Positions 35,858 through 46,700 of a DNA stretch of 64,000 nt are shown piece after piece. Numbering within the stretch: position 1 is the stretch's first letter; every line of letters starts with the position of its first letter. Both the position numbers and the translations under genes were made by a program. Under the pieces are notes generated by a model, which was not told where the DNA came from, made no database searches, and saw only the letters and a list, made by a program, of their open reading frames with translations. Source of the DNA: Balanoglossus misakiensis (lineage: Eukaryota > Animalia > Hemichordata); assembly GCA_040954595.2 (NCBI GenBank), contig CM082579.2:5390879-5454878 (forward strand), in the 5' to 3' direction.

Positions 35858-38800
35858 GCAATTGTTGTCATGTCCTCTGCAGGTGATGATGATTAATTAG
35901 TGATAGCAGTTGAATACAATGTATAAATTCCACTGACTGATTGCAGTGATTATTTCTCAAAATGGAAACATGTTTTATTTAAGGTGATTGTATGCCTTTA
36001 AACTTGAGTGCACAATGCCTTATATCTGTGTCTTTAGAAATCCATGATGATAATCAGCATGTGAGAATCTGAGTTTTTTTTGACAAATTTCCTAGAGTCA
36101 GTCTTATTTTGTGTGTTATATTTCATGTGAATACAGCTTACTTTGGCGCAGACAATTAAGATAATGAAAAAGGATATTGAGAGGATAGTGATTTCTTTTC
36201 AGTCTTTCACACGATGCAACTGGATATGAATTACATTGGGGAATATTATCAGATGCATATTAAACAGGAAATGAGCCAGAGATGTAGTAGGCAAATATGC
36301 TTGATAACATCAATTGTAAATTTCGTACATGTAGAAATCAGCGCAATGAGGGGATATATTCTTATGAAATAGTGCCTGAGGGGAAAAATTAGATCCTGGA
36401 CATATTATGTATGAATGTGTGGGAGCATGTGTTTTGGTGTGACAATTTGTATGTGTGAATATGTATAGATACCTCTCCGTGTGACATGATAATTAAGAAG
36501 AAAAGTCTTTGTGGTACATGTACAGATAAAAATGACTATTTTTTGTCATGATTCAATATTAAAAGCCAGACTTTTAACATTTTCTAGCGAAGAACATGTA
36601 ATTGGCTGTTGGCTTGGAAGTTGGCCAAATTGTGATCTTATTGTTTCGAGCAAATTACTGAAGTTTAATAGTACATGTAATGGGGTGTGCCAAATCATGT
36701 TTTTTTAGTTTCATGTGTTTTTAATAATCTGTTGCCTGGTGTTTTTAAATGGGGAGCATGTGATATAGCTTTGGCATAAAAGCAATGTTTGGAATTGTAC
36801 CAAGCTTTGTAAATACACTGAGGACAGCAGTCTTTTGTATAGATGTATTTCACTCATTGTTGGCTTGTATAATATAGAGGTGTAATTATGTACTGTATTC
36901 TGTGGGTTTCATATGATAATCATAGTAGCCCACGTACACTATTTAATTCCCTGTAAGCCCGTATCTTTCTGCTTTTGCGTTTTTATCCCCGGAAAAATCT
37001 AGTTCAATTGGTTTTATGAAATTACACCACTTGAGCCATAGAAACAGAATCAGTATTAATGGGTCTCTCAGTTTCGCACAACTTGGGCATTTCTGCTCAA
37101 TTTCAGAATTGCCAGCTTTCAAAACACTAAAGTGATTTTTGTCAGTGTTGGTTGGTTGGTTGGATGGTGAAGTAAGACACACTCAGGCTATCATATTGCT
37201 GATGTGTTTTCTGAGCTTACATTTTAATGTCCTGTGTCTCCATAATTGCACAACAATTTTTAAATTGTCATGAAATTGTAAAATAGTGATTTATCTAGTA
37301 ACATTGTATGTGTAGGGACCTGGCAAATATGATACAGCTATAGAAAAAAGTATTCTGTCATGATTGTAAAATGCTTGAGTTGTGTGAGTGCAGTTGACAA
37401 ATAGGATCTGGAGGGATTTAAATTTACCCCCAAAGTGGGGAGGGGAGGGGAGGGGCAGTGGGTGATTCCTGTATCTTTTGATGAGAGATATCTATGAACT
37501 TCTAATGACCCATGCATATATCATTAAAAATATATATTTGAAATGTGCTCAACTGTGTGTGTAGTCAATGATTATTCAAAACAGTCCTTTTGAAATATAT
37601 TTTCCCAGAACCAGTGTCATCATGATTAAGATTTTTAACATGACATCCATTTCTGTGTGCTAATCAAGTGTCAGGGGGGGGTCATTCACTTCTGGAAAAA
37701 TCCTGTCATCACTCCAGGAAAAAAAACCTTGAAAGGCCAGGTGTTTAAATGAAATTTTAACACTCCTTGCAAGTCCCAGAAAATATAGCCATGTGTACTA
37801 TCGCAGACAGTATCTCAAAATACTCACGGACATTTGAAACTATACTGACAATAGATATGCTATGAGCAAGCTGGAACATCCTTCAAAGGATGGATGATTC
37901 ATGAAGCATTGACAGAGTTTTCTCACCTTGAGATTATAAGATCACATTTGCCCGAACAGGCAAAGACTGCAAAGTCACACCAGCATTTGCCGTGGCTGTT
38001 GAGCAGGAGTCACGAATATCCCACGTGGGTCAGTTGAAAATACGATCCCAGGATTTGCCTCAAGCCTCTTTCCTTGCAAAATGTCAGGTGTTGCTACATG
38101 TATAGCTCCTTTCTGTGTGGATTAACCCCCAAAACAAACCACTGAAGAAAGGTTATTTTGCCATGGTAAGTTTTACATTGTGAAGATATGCCATCGACAT
38201 TGCCTATGATTTTAATATGTTAACCTCTCTCGCGTAAACACAGAACAAACAACACATGGTTCATCGTTTGTTCAATTTTGCACCTACTTTAGTTTCATAC
38301 AAAGCTTGCCTTGTATTACATGTACTTGGCTAGCAACCTGTTGCTGTTGGAATTAGCCGAATCCCGCAAGATATCACAACGAGCAGAAAATTCTCTACTG
38401 GGATAAAACTATAAAACTATTAAAATACACTGTAAACAAACTCAAGCCTATTTATTACGTAAAAAAGTAATTGACTCTGCTCTGTGTTCTAACCAAACAA
38501 AACAAGTTGTTTGTGAATTGGTTGTTATCAACAAAAAACTTCTGAGCACTGTACAGAAAAGTAAATATCACATATATTAACTGGGTGTTTTGAGAAGAGT
38601 ATATATACGGTAGTTAATGAGAGACTGAAAGCCTTATGAAGCACTGCAACATGATAACTCCAGCAAGTATTGGCTGGCTGATTATCAAACCATTACGTTT
38701 GGTTCAGCTTACAGAGTGCAAATCAAAATCTGACAAGAAAATTACACTCATTGTAAGGCCAATTTTCGTATTAAGTAACAGAGGTACAGAGACAACAACA

Positions 38801-39139
38801 ATGTACATATTTTGTTAAATTCACCAAGAGTATAAGCACATAGCCCCATTCTCTCTTTTTTCTGACTGTGCATATTGTACAGCTGTACATTCAGAATTCT
38901 TTTTACCTTAATTTGTTTTTACTTTGTGGTAGGGGTCAAATCGCATTATAATAATTGCATTCTGGGTAAAAGGTTGACAACTCACTGTAGTGTTAAAGGC
39001 CTTGAAGAAATATGTAAACCGTATTTCATGACTTCCTTTGATAAAAAAATTTGTCGTTGTAGTTAGCATATTAAACTCATTCAACTTTTTCACATTTTGT
39101 TATTTTTTTCTGTTACAAAGTTTCAGAATGACTGAATAT

Positions 39140-39325
39140 TGAACAGTCTTACCTCGTGCGAGGCAAGTAGATGGCCCAGATTAAACTACACAACACACTG
39201 ATTCAACACTTGTGTCGCCATGTTGATCTCCTCAACATCTGACCTTATTTATTCTACTTCCGGGTCAAGCTCATACAAGGGATTGCCTGGTTAACATTCA
39301 GTGCTTTCTGGCCTAAAACACTACA
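39140..39325 (-). repeat. 3' LTR (186 bp)
   Basis: Matches 43597-43782; preceded on the - strand by polypurine tract GAAAAAAGGGAGGGA. Confidence 0.96.
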
Positions 39326-39570
39326 TCCCTCCCTTTTTTCAGAAAACATGTTTCAACACACAGAGTTCATGTCCATGCTTTTCTCAGCAACGTCTAATGT
39401 CCTTCTGGTTCATCTCCAAGGAACAACACAGTTTTTTCAACGAATCAAATCAGTTTAAAACGAACACAAACTCTGAATGAACAACAACTTTGAAAACTCC
39501 CTACAGCTAACTTTGGGCAAGGGGTGGACTACCCTTCAAAAACCCACGCTGGCAAACTTGGGATTTATTC

Positions 39571-42500
39571 TTACCCATTTTCAGTTTGGCCAGTCTTAGC
39601 TAACTCAGTTTCGTAATCATCCAAGTACTTTGGTGGACGAATTACGCGTTGCGGTCGAGAAGGTGGTTCAGGTATGACTGACTCCCGCAGCTCAGCTTTG
39701 GTTTCACCTTCGGTTCTCTCCGCAGGTTGATCATCTGGATTCTCCAACATCTCGCCTGGATCATACAGCTTCCTTACGAGTGATGAGTTCCGTTTGTACC
39801 TCGCTCCAGTCGGTGACTGTAAGGTTACCTGACTTCCATACCTGTCTATCACTTTGTATGGCGTCTCTTCATACCGAGTAGACAGCTTGTTCATCTGCCG
39901 TTGCCGTAGTAAGACTGTGTCACCTGTCTGCACATTACTGTCACGCGCATTTCGACGGTGATCCGCGTAGTCTTTGACTTTCTGCTTCATTTCTCTATCT
40001 CTATCTCTGACTGCTATGTCATCTTCTCTCTTTGCTGTTTCCACGAACTCCGGTAGCTTGGTTCGAATCTTTCGACGAAACAACAACTCTGCCGGTGCAA
40101 CTCCTGTTGTCGAATGGGGAGTTGTCCGGTACGCCAGGAGGAATTTGTTCAGCTCTTTCTTCCAATCCTGTTTCTGCGCTTGGGCAATCTTCATGTTTTT
40201 CAAGAGCGTGGAGTTTTGCCTCTCCACTTCTCCATTTGCTTGCGGCCACAGTGGAGTCGTACGACGATGCACTATGCCATGTTCTTGTAGATAGTCATCG
40301 AACTCTTGTGACGCAAACTGCGGTCCGTTATCAGCTTTAACAGACAATGGGTATCCATGAGTGACAAATCTGTTGTCTAGGGCTTCAATTATTTTCTCAC
40401 TCGTTACTGTTTTCATGACATCCACCTCGAAAAACCGGCTATAATAGTCAACTGTAACAAGTAGATACTCGCCTGAAGGCAGGGGACCTAGCAGATCTGT
40501 AGCGACATCTTCCCATGGATTCTGGGGTAACGGTGTTGATTTCACCGGCTCTGGATCAGACGGCTGGCTGACTAGCTGGCATCCGAAACATGCTCTACAT
40601 TTCTGTTCAGCGTCGCGATCCATTCCTGGCCACCAGACTTTTGTGCGTAGCCTCATTTTTGTCTTTACGATGCCTTGGTGTCCTTCGTGAGCCAAGTCGA
40701 TCACTCGTGCTCTATATTTCCGTGGCATTACTATTCGCGTGCCTCTCAACAGCACTCTGCCTATGACGGCTAGTTCGCTTCTAACGGCTTTGTATCCTGC
40801 TGGACAATCATGCCAGTCATCTGTTTGCAGACATTTCCTGACTGCGCGTAGCTCATCATCCTTTGACGATTCTTGCTCGATGTCCCGTATTGGCAGTGCA
40901 CTTGGTGCTGCGTGCTCTGCGACGAACCGGATATATTCCTCGGCCTCATTTCGCCTTGGGCTCTCATCAGCTCGGTGGCTTATCAAACGTGAGAGTGAGT
41001 CAGCAATGTTCAGCGATCCTGGTATATACTTCACTGCGAACTCATATGGCTGTAGGCGTAATACCCATCGTTCAATACGCGCCGATGGCTTTGAACGCTT
41101 CGAGTAGATGTACGTCAGCGGCTTATGGTCAGTAAGCAGCTCGAATTTCATCCCGTATAGGTATACGTGAAAACGCTCACACGCCCAGACGAGCGCTAGG
41201 GCTTCCTTTTCTGTCTGTGAGTAACGACGTTCGACGCTGGTGAGGCTTCTGCTTGCATAGCTAATAGCACGTCTCTCGCCGTTCTGTTTCTGAATCAATA
41301 CTGCTCCGAGACCGACCGGGCTTGCGTCCGCAATGACCTGTGTCTCTGCATTCTTGTCGAAGTAGGCCAGTGTGTCAGCTTCAGCTAATGCCTGCTTCAA
41401 ACGACTAAACGCCTCCTTCTGTTTCGCACCCCACACAAACTTCGTGTTCTGGCGAGTAAGTTCTCTGAGTGGCTCTGCAGTAGTTGCTAAGTCTGGTATG
41501 TATCTCGCTGAGAAATTTACTAACCCCAGGAAGCTTCTCACTTCCGCTGCATTTTCGGGTTCTCGGGCTTGTATCACTGCCTTGACGTTTTCCTTGGTCG
41601 GGCCAATTCCTCTCTTCGACAGCATATGCCCCATAAAGGTGAGATGATCCATACCGAACACACATTTTCCTCTGTTCAGGGTCAAACCCTTCTCCTGCAG
41701 GCACTTCATCGTCTTCGTTAGTCTTTCATCGTGATTTTCGTCACTTCCGTGTACTATTATGTCATCTGAAATATTCTCAGCTCCCTCGCAGTCTGAGATT
41801 ACTTGTTGAATGATGTGCTGGTAAAGCTCAGGTGCAGAGCTGATACCGAACATTAGCCGTTTATACCGGAACAGTCCTTTGTGTGTCACGAACGTTGTGA
41901 TACCCCTTGAACTTTCTGACAGCTCTATTTGGTGGTATCCCCACCGCAAGTCCAATTTACTGAACTTCGTGCTCGCGTTCATATTCTGCAACACCTCATC
42001 GACTGTGGGTATCGGGTGACGTTCTCTGATCACGGCAGCGTTAGCGGCTCTCATGTCCACGCATAACCGAATGTCACCTGATGGCTTTGGTATAATTACC
42101 ACAGGGCTGACCCACGGGGTTGGGCCCTCGACTTTTTCTATCACATCCAGCTTCATGAGCTCACCCAATTTGGCTTCCAGCTTCGGCCTCATACTATATG
42201 GAACACGTCTCGGGTTTTGCGCCACTGGCGGTACTGAAGGGTCGACATGTATTTCGGCCTGGTATCCTTTCAGCTTGCCAAGCCCTTGAAAACATCTCTG
42301 AAACTTGTCAAAAATGTCCGCGGATTCAACCACATTAGCTTGTAATCCAACCTTCAGCACACCTAGTTGTTCTGCGCTGCGGCGACCTAGCAAGGATCTA
42401 CCACTCGGGCTTTTGACGACGTAGACTTCAATCTCGGCCCTTTTATCAGACAGTAGTGCTTCCGCCTGAAATTTGCCCAGTAGTTCCAATGGTTTGTCCG

Positions 42501-43542
42501 CCCCGTACGAATATAGCTTCTTTGAGGTCAGCTCAGTTTTGCACTTTATGCCTTGGGACTTCAATGACTCCCACACGGATCTGTTGATAATATTACACGT
42601 GGCTCCTGAGTCGATCAGCATGTTCTTTATCATAGCGCCACCTATGTTTACATCGACCACGTCACCACTGCTTCTATCATCAACTATGAAAATGCACTCG
42701 TCATCACCTGTGACTTCATTGACAGTTGGCTTCGCCTCCCTGTCCATTTTGTATTTCGTACTTGTGGTACCGGTATTCGTTTTGCAAACACTAGCATAAT
42801 GTCCGACCTTTTGACATTTGGTGCATGTCGCCTTTCTCGCAGGACAGTCTTTGTCTCTTGCGAAATGGCCTTCACGGTTACAGCGGTAACAGGCTCCTTT
42901 CTTCTTACCTGCTGCAGCCTTTTTCGGTTTTGTGTAAACCCTGTTTACAACCTGTGGAGCAACTGCGCCCTCCATTTTCCGAATTTGGACGTCTACTGCC
43001 TCCATTGACCGTGCGATTTCCTGCATGCCTTCTACTGTTAACGTCGCCCCTTTTCCCAGTAGCTTACGACGCAACGAACTTGACTTGCATTTATCGATCA
43101 CCTGATCGCGTATCTGATCGTTCAAGTCTTTGAAGTTACAATTTTTTCCTTGAAGTTTCAGTCGTGCCACATACTGGTCGACCGTTTCCGTGTCCTCCTG
43201 TTTTAGTTGGCGGAAAATATGCCGCTCGTACGACACGTTCAGCTTCGGAGCAAAATACGCGTCGAGTGTTCTCAGAGCTTTCTCATATTCGCCAGCTGTA
43301 TCGGCCTGGCCTACCGGCAACGTACCTGGACCGGGATCTTCAAGCGTCTCGAAAACGTCCTGGATATCCAATCCAGCGCTGTGTAAGAGCAGGGCTTTCT
43401 TTTGGGCATCGTCCTTGATCCCCTTCCCTACCACATAAAAATCGAACGATTTTCGCCATCTCTTCCAACGTGGTGCCAGGCTGCTTGGGTCGCTTTTGCA
43501 ATCAAATGCCGCAATCCCACCTAATTCAATATTCCCAGCCAT
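39571..43542 (-). CDS. Gag-Pol polyprotein of the Gypsy element (single ORF, about 1323 aa from first ATG)
   Basis: ORF track 39571..43554 starts at GTG; first ATG is 43542. Two zinc knuckles (CYRCNREGHFARDKDC, CTKCQKVGHYASVC), protease LIDSGA, RT (FSKLDLRWGYHQ, LMFGISSAP, ISDD), RNase H (IADASPVGLGAVL, TDHKPL), integrase (HEGH...CFGC; DLLGP, DNGPQF, NGEVER). Confidence 0.97.
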   Translation of the reverse strand: MAGNIELGGIAAFDCKSDPSSLAPRWKRWRKSFDFYVVGKGIKDDAQKKALLLHSAGLDIQDVFETLEDPGPGTLPVGQADTAGEYEKALRTLDAYFAPKLNVSYERHIFRQLKQEDTETVDQYVARLKLQGKNCNFKDLNDQIRDQVIDKCKSSSLRRKLLGKGATLTVEGMQEIARSMEAVDVQIRKMEGAVAPQVVNRVYTKPKKAAAGKKKGACYRCNREGHFARDKDCPARKATCTKCQKVGHYASVCKTNTGTTSTKYKMDREAKPTVNEVTGDDECIFIVDDRSSGDVVDVNIGGAMIKNMLIDSGATCNIINRSVWESLKSQGIKCKTELTSKKLYSYGADKPLELLGKFQAEALLSDKRAEIEVYVVKSPSGRSLLGRRSAEQLGVLKVGLQANVVESADIFDKFQRCFQGLGKLKGYQAEIHVDPSVPPVAQNPRRVPYSMRPKLEAKLGELMKLDVIEKVEGPTPWVSPVVIIPKPSGDIRLCVDMRAANAAVIRERHPIPTVDEVLQNMNASTKFSKLDLRWGYHQIELSESSRGITTFVTHKGLFRYKRLMFGISSAPELYQHIIQQVISDCEGAENISDDIIVHGSDENHDERLTKTMKCLQEKGLTLNRGKCVFGMDHLTFMGHMLSKRGIGPTKENVKAVIQAREPENAAEVRSFLGLVNFSARYIPDLATTAEPLRELTRQNTKFVWGAKQKEAFSRLKQALAEADTLAYFDKNAETQVIADASPVGLGAVLIQKQNGERRAISYASRSLTSVERRYSQTEKEALALVWACERFHVYLYGMKFELLTDHKPLTYIYSKRSKPSARIERWVLRLQPYEFAVKYIPGSLNIADSLSRLISHRADESPRRNEAEEYIRFVAEHAAPSALPIRDIEQESSKDDELRAVRKCLQTDDWHDCPAGYKAVRSELAVIGRVLLRGTRIVMPRKYRARVIDLAHEGHQGIVKTKMRLRTKVWWPGMDRDAEQKCRACFGCQLVSQPSDPEPVKSTPLPQNPWEDVATDLLGPLPSGEYLLVTVDYYSRFFEVDVMKTVTSEKIIEALDNRFVTHGYPLSVKADNGPQFASQEFDDYLQEHGIVHRRTTPLWPQANGEVERQNSTLLKNMKIAQAQKQDWKKELNKFLLAYRTTPHSTTGVAPAELLFRRKIRTKLPEFVETAKREDDIAVRDRDREMKQKVKDYADHRRNARDSNVQTGDTVLLRQRQMNKLSTRYEETPYKVIDRYGSQVTLQSPTGARYKRNSSLVRKLYDPGEMLENPDDQPAERTEGETKAELRESVIPEPPSRPQRVIRPPKYLDDYETELAKTGQTENG

Positions 43543-43580
43543 TTCCAGCTTCACCGATGGAAGGATTACTGGTTTTAGTT

Positions 43581-43594
43581 CATCCTCGTCGCCA
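43581..43594 (-). other. Primer-binding site, likely tRNA-Ser(GCU)
   Basis: - strand TGGCGACGAGGATG directly after the 5' LTR, complementary to a tRNA 3' end ...CATCCTCGTCG-CCA, recalled as that of metazoan tRNA-Ser(GCU). Confidence 0.8.
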
Positions 43595-43596
43595 GT

Positions 43597-43782
43597 TGAA
43601 CAGTCTTACCTCGTGCGAGGCAAGTAGATGGCCCAGATTAAACTACACAACACACTGATTCAACACTTGTGTCGCCATGTTGATCTCCTCAACATCTGAC
43701 CTTATTTATTCTACTTCCGGGTCAAGCTCATACAAGGGATTGCCTGGTTAACATTCAGTGCTTTCTGGCCTAAAACACTACA
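43597..43782 (-). repeat. 5' LTR (186 bp)
   Basis: Matches 39140-39325; followed on the - strand by 2 nt and the PBS. Confidence 0.96.
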
Positions 43783-46700
43783 AATATCACTTTAGTTTTT
43801 TATGAACATCTAAAAGTCGGCCATCTTGAAATTGTGTTGACCACATGAGTTTTCTTCACTCACCTTGGTAGCAAAAACCTATTTGAAGGTAGCGAGAATT
43901 ATTTGAACTCAATTATTATGTAGTTCATCTTCTGACCTATCACGAGAAGCTTCTATTTACAAAGATGGTTGTCATGACAGGTCCCTGAGGGACTTCTGTT
44001 CTTTCCTTGTCGTACACATCGCTGTTTTTTATATGATGGGTTTATATTATCTTTCATCAAATTAATTGAAGGAGGGGGATCGAGGCTTAATCCTCCATCG
44101 AGGTTAACATAACTGGAGCAACAATTTTACCCACATATTTCATTTCTAGATTATTTTTCTAAGAAATTTCTCAAGAAATAATTAAAATGATCAGCACGTC
44201 ATGATGTCATCATAGAATATCACATTTCAAGTGGCAGATTCAGAACCAGTTTCATCAGGAACTGATGGAGAGCTTTTACATTTGATATTTTCTTCAGAAA
44301 CACGACGTTGCTAATAAACTTGTGCACACTGAATTGTTTGGGGACTAATTAGTCCAAAGTCAGTAATCTCTCAGGATCAAATGGCATATTCACATTTTGT
44401 TCATTTTGCTGGGGAGTCAGTTTATTTACGTAAATAAATATAGGCCTCCCTAGCTCAACTCAACTGAAAATGATACTTGCATTGCTCGCGGGGTACTTGG
44501 TGAATAATTTATTATTCCAATCAAATCATTTCAAGGGGAATAACAGTATCATTATATATCGCAAATTGACAGTTTCACATCTATTTTTTCGTCTTCAGAA
44601 AACATTCTGAATAACATACAAAGTACTAGAAAATGAAGATACATGTACCACATTTCCTATGGCCTTTTGATATTTCACCTGTTGTATAGAAATCAGGCCA
44701 TTCAAAACAAATTTGTTAATTTGTACAGAATTGCCTGTTGTGTTCTCCAGTGATATCAATTGATAACGGAATTAAACTATGAAATTGAAAACTCCATTTG
44801 GCATGAAATGAAACCATCCAAATTGATCATCAGTGTCGTTCCCAATCCAATCTTTTCTGAAATTGCAACCAGTAGGCTTTTATATTGATAGAGCCATTAG
44901 TAGGCAAAAAACAGCCAGTTATTCATCTTTCAGGCTACTTTTCCAAAATTGCATGCTAAATTTGCTTCTTAAACCAGCACTTCTCACAACCAAGTTACCA
45001 AGTTGACTTGATTGCTCCCCCCCCCTCCTTGTATAACAAACCCTTTTACATAAATGAGTGTGGTGGAATTATTTTGGGAGCATTGCAAGATTTTTATGTT
45101 GCGTAAAGCGTCTACTTTTGGGCCACGATTTCGCTGTAAATGTTGTAAATGTTTGGTAGATGGAGTCGAGTACAGCTTGCCAATCCACTGTTTTGTCCAA
45201 TTTAATATCTACAATGCATTCAACAAGAAATTGATACAGCAGGCACGTGAGTACAAAAACTGGAACACTTGTAAAAAGTTTTATTGATGTAAACCCACAT
45301 GAAGCTTTTTAATAAGGTGACATAATGAGAAATCTTGTACTGTAATAAAATAATAAAATCTTAGCTTTTGTGTAATTTACAAGCTGTTGAAGCAACAGTG
45401 CACTAGCAACATCCAGTATTTCACCCAGAACAGCATGGTAATCAGGGTATAAGAGTTCCATATATAATACGAGTATAATGTTCTCATTATATTCTGCTTC
45501 CTCCATTTATTTATTTATTTTGAAACAACCAAGACAATTGGAAGTCAATCTGAAATACCTGGCTCATATTACAGCCTACAGGACCAAAATAATTTCAGCC
45601 GTTATGGTGAAATTTTTGTTAATTTTATTTTTGTAAATTACACAACTTTTGAATTGTCTCAACAAGATATTTTTGACTCTCCTACCACCCACACTAAAAA
45701 GAGTTATCTGAAATGGCAACCAGCAGTGCTGATTTGTTTGGTCAAAAACAGTCACCTGATTGATCTCGGCACATACCGGGTATTAACAATTCAGAATATA
45801 AGACTGCAAAACTTGGGGATGAGTGTCCCACAGCCATAACAGTGAAAATACAATATTTGTACGCCTGGTAAAATACAGAGACTTGTGAAAGATGCATTCC
45901 CTTCTATTAATGACATCAGGTGACATTTTTACACGTGGCGATCGAATGCTTGCGACCCTGAATTATCTGTGAATTTCCTGAGTGTTATCTCAGAACACTT
46001 GCCTGGGAGATGATACCGGTACATGTATACATGAGTGTTGATTTACATATATGTAACCCTTCCACGCTTCAACAGGCAAGTCCACTTGTCAGCAGGAAAT
46101 TAACACGTAGAAATTAACACGTGCACATAGTTGGAAAATGGCTTATCATGGTAAATATACCTGCTCACTGAATTTATAATAATTAATTTTTTTCTCAGAA
46201 TAGATTGTTTACTTTGAGAGCAGATGGCAACAACTGTAGATTGGCACTGCTGAATCTGTGATTTTCAGGGTCACGGCATTTTGTCTGTGTTGGTCGGTCT
46301 CCTCTTCTGCTTTTAAAACGTGCGATGGCTTGTGTCTACGAGTAGTCATCAATGTACTGAAAGCAAAATGAATACGAGGAATTATTGGTTTTTGATTCAA
46401 CAGAATTGCGCAGTGTGGAGGAGATCATTCGACTTTGATGTAAAATGTCTCCTGATATGAAACACATTGCTGGGGAAAATGGTCATGCCCATGATGCCTT
46501 AAGCCAAGTATTAGAGGTATTTCTGAAAAACTGCAGAGAACCGAACACTGGCAAAGTATCCAATTCACAAGAAAGACACTGTAGGTGTGAGACACTGGAA
46601 CAACACCTGTGCTTTACGTCATACACGGATTAAAACACTATGGTGAGCATTTTGCGGTGGGATGTGAATTTATCAGATTCAATCTGTTATGGCAATGTTG

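Larger units (their letters stand above)
39140..43782 (-). mobile_element. Full-length Ty3/Gypsy LTR retrotransposon (Mag-like), very recent insertion
   Basis: Two 186-bp TG...CA LTRs (39140-39325, 43597-43782), identical by eye; 5-bp TSD AATAT (39135-39139, 43783-43787); PBS 43581-43594; PPT 39326-39340; uninterrupted gag-PR-RT-RH-IN ORF in Gypsy order. Confidence 0.97.

Noticed and set aside
35552-35896. 114-aa ORF with long poly-Met run (also poly-Met in 30170..30634)
   Set aside because: Produced by (ATG)n microsatellites; only 30341-30569 of the second ORF is a real Clock exon.
39974-43658. Many 60-120 aa ORFs inside the retrotransposon
   Set aside because: Shadow frames of gag-pol; no env-like or accessory protein features seen.
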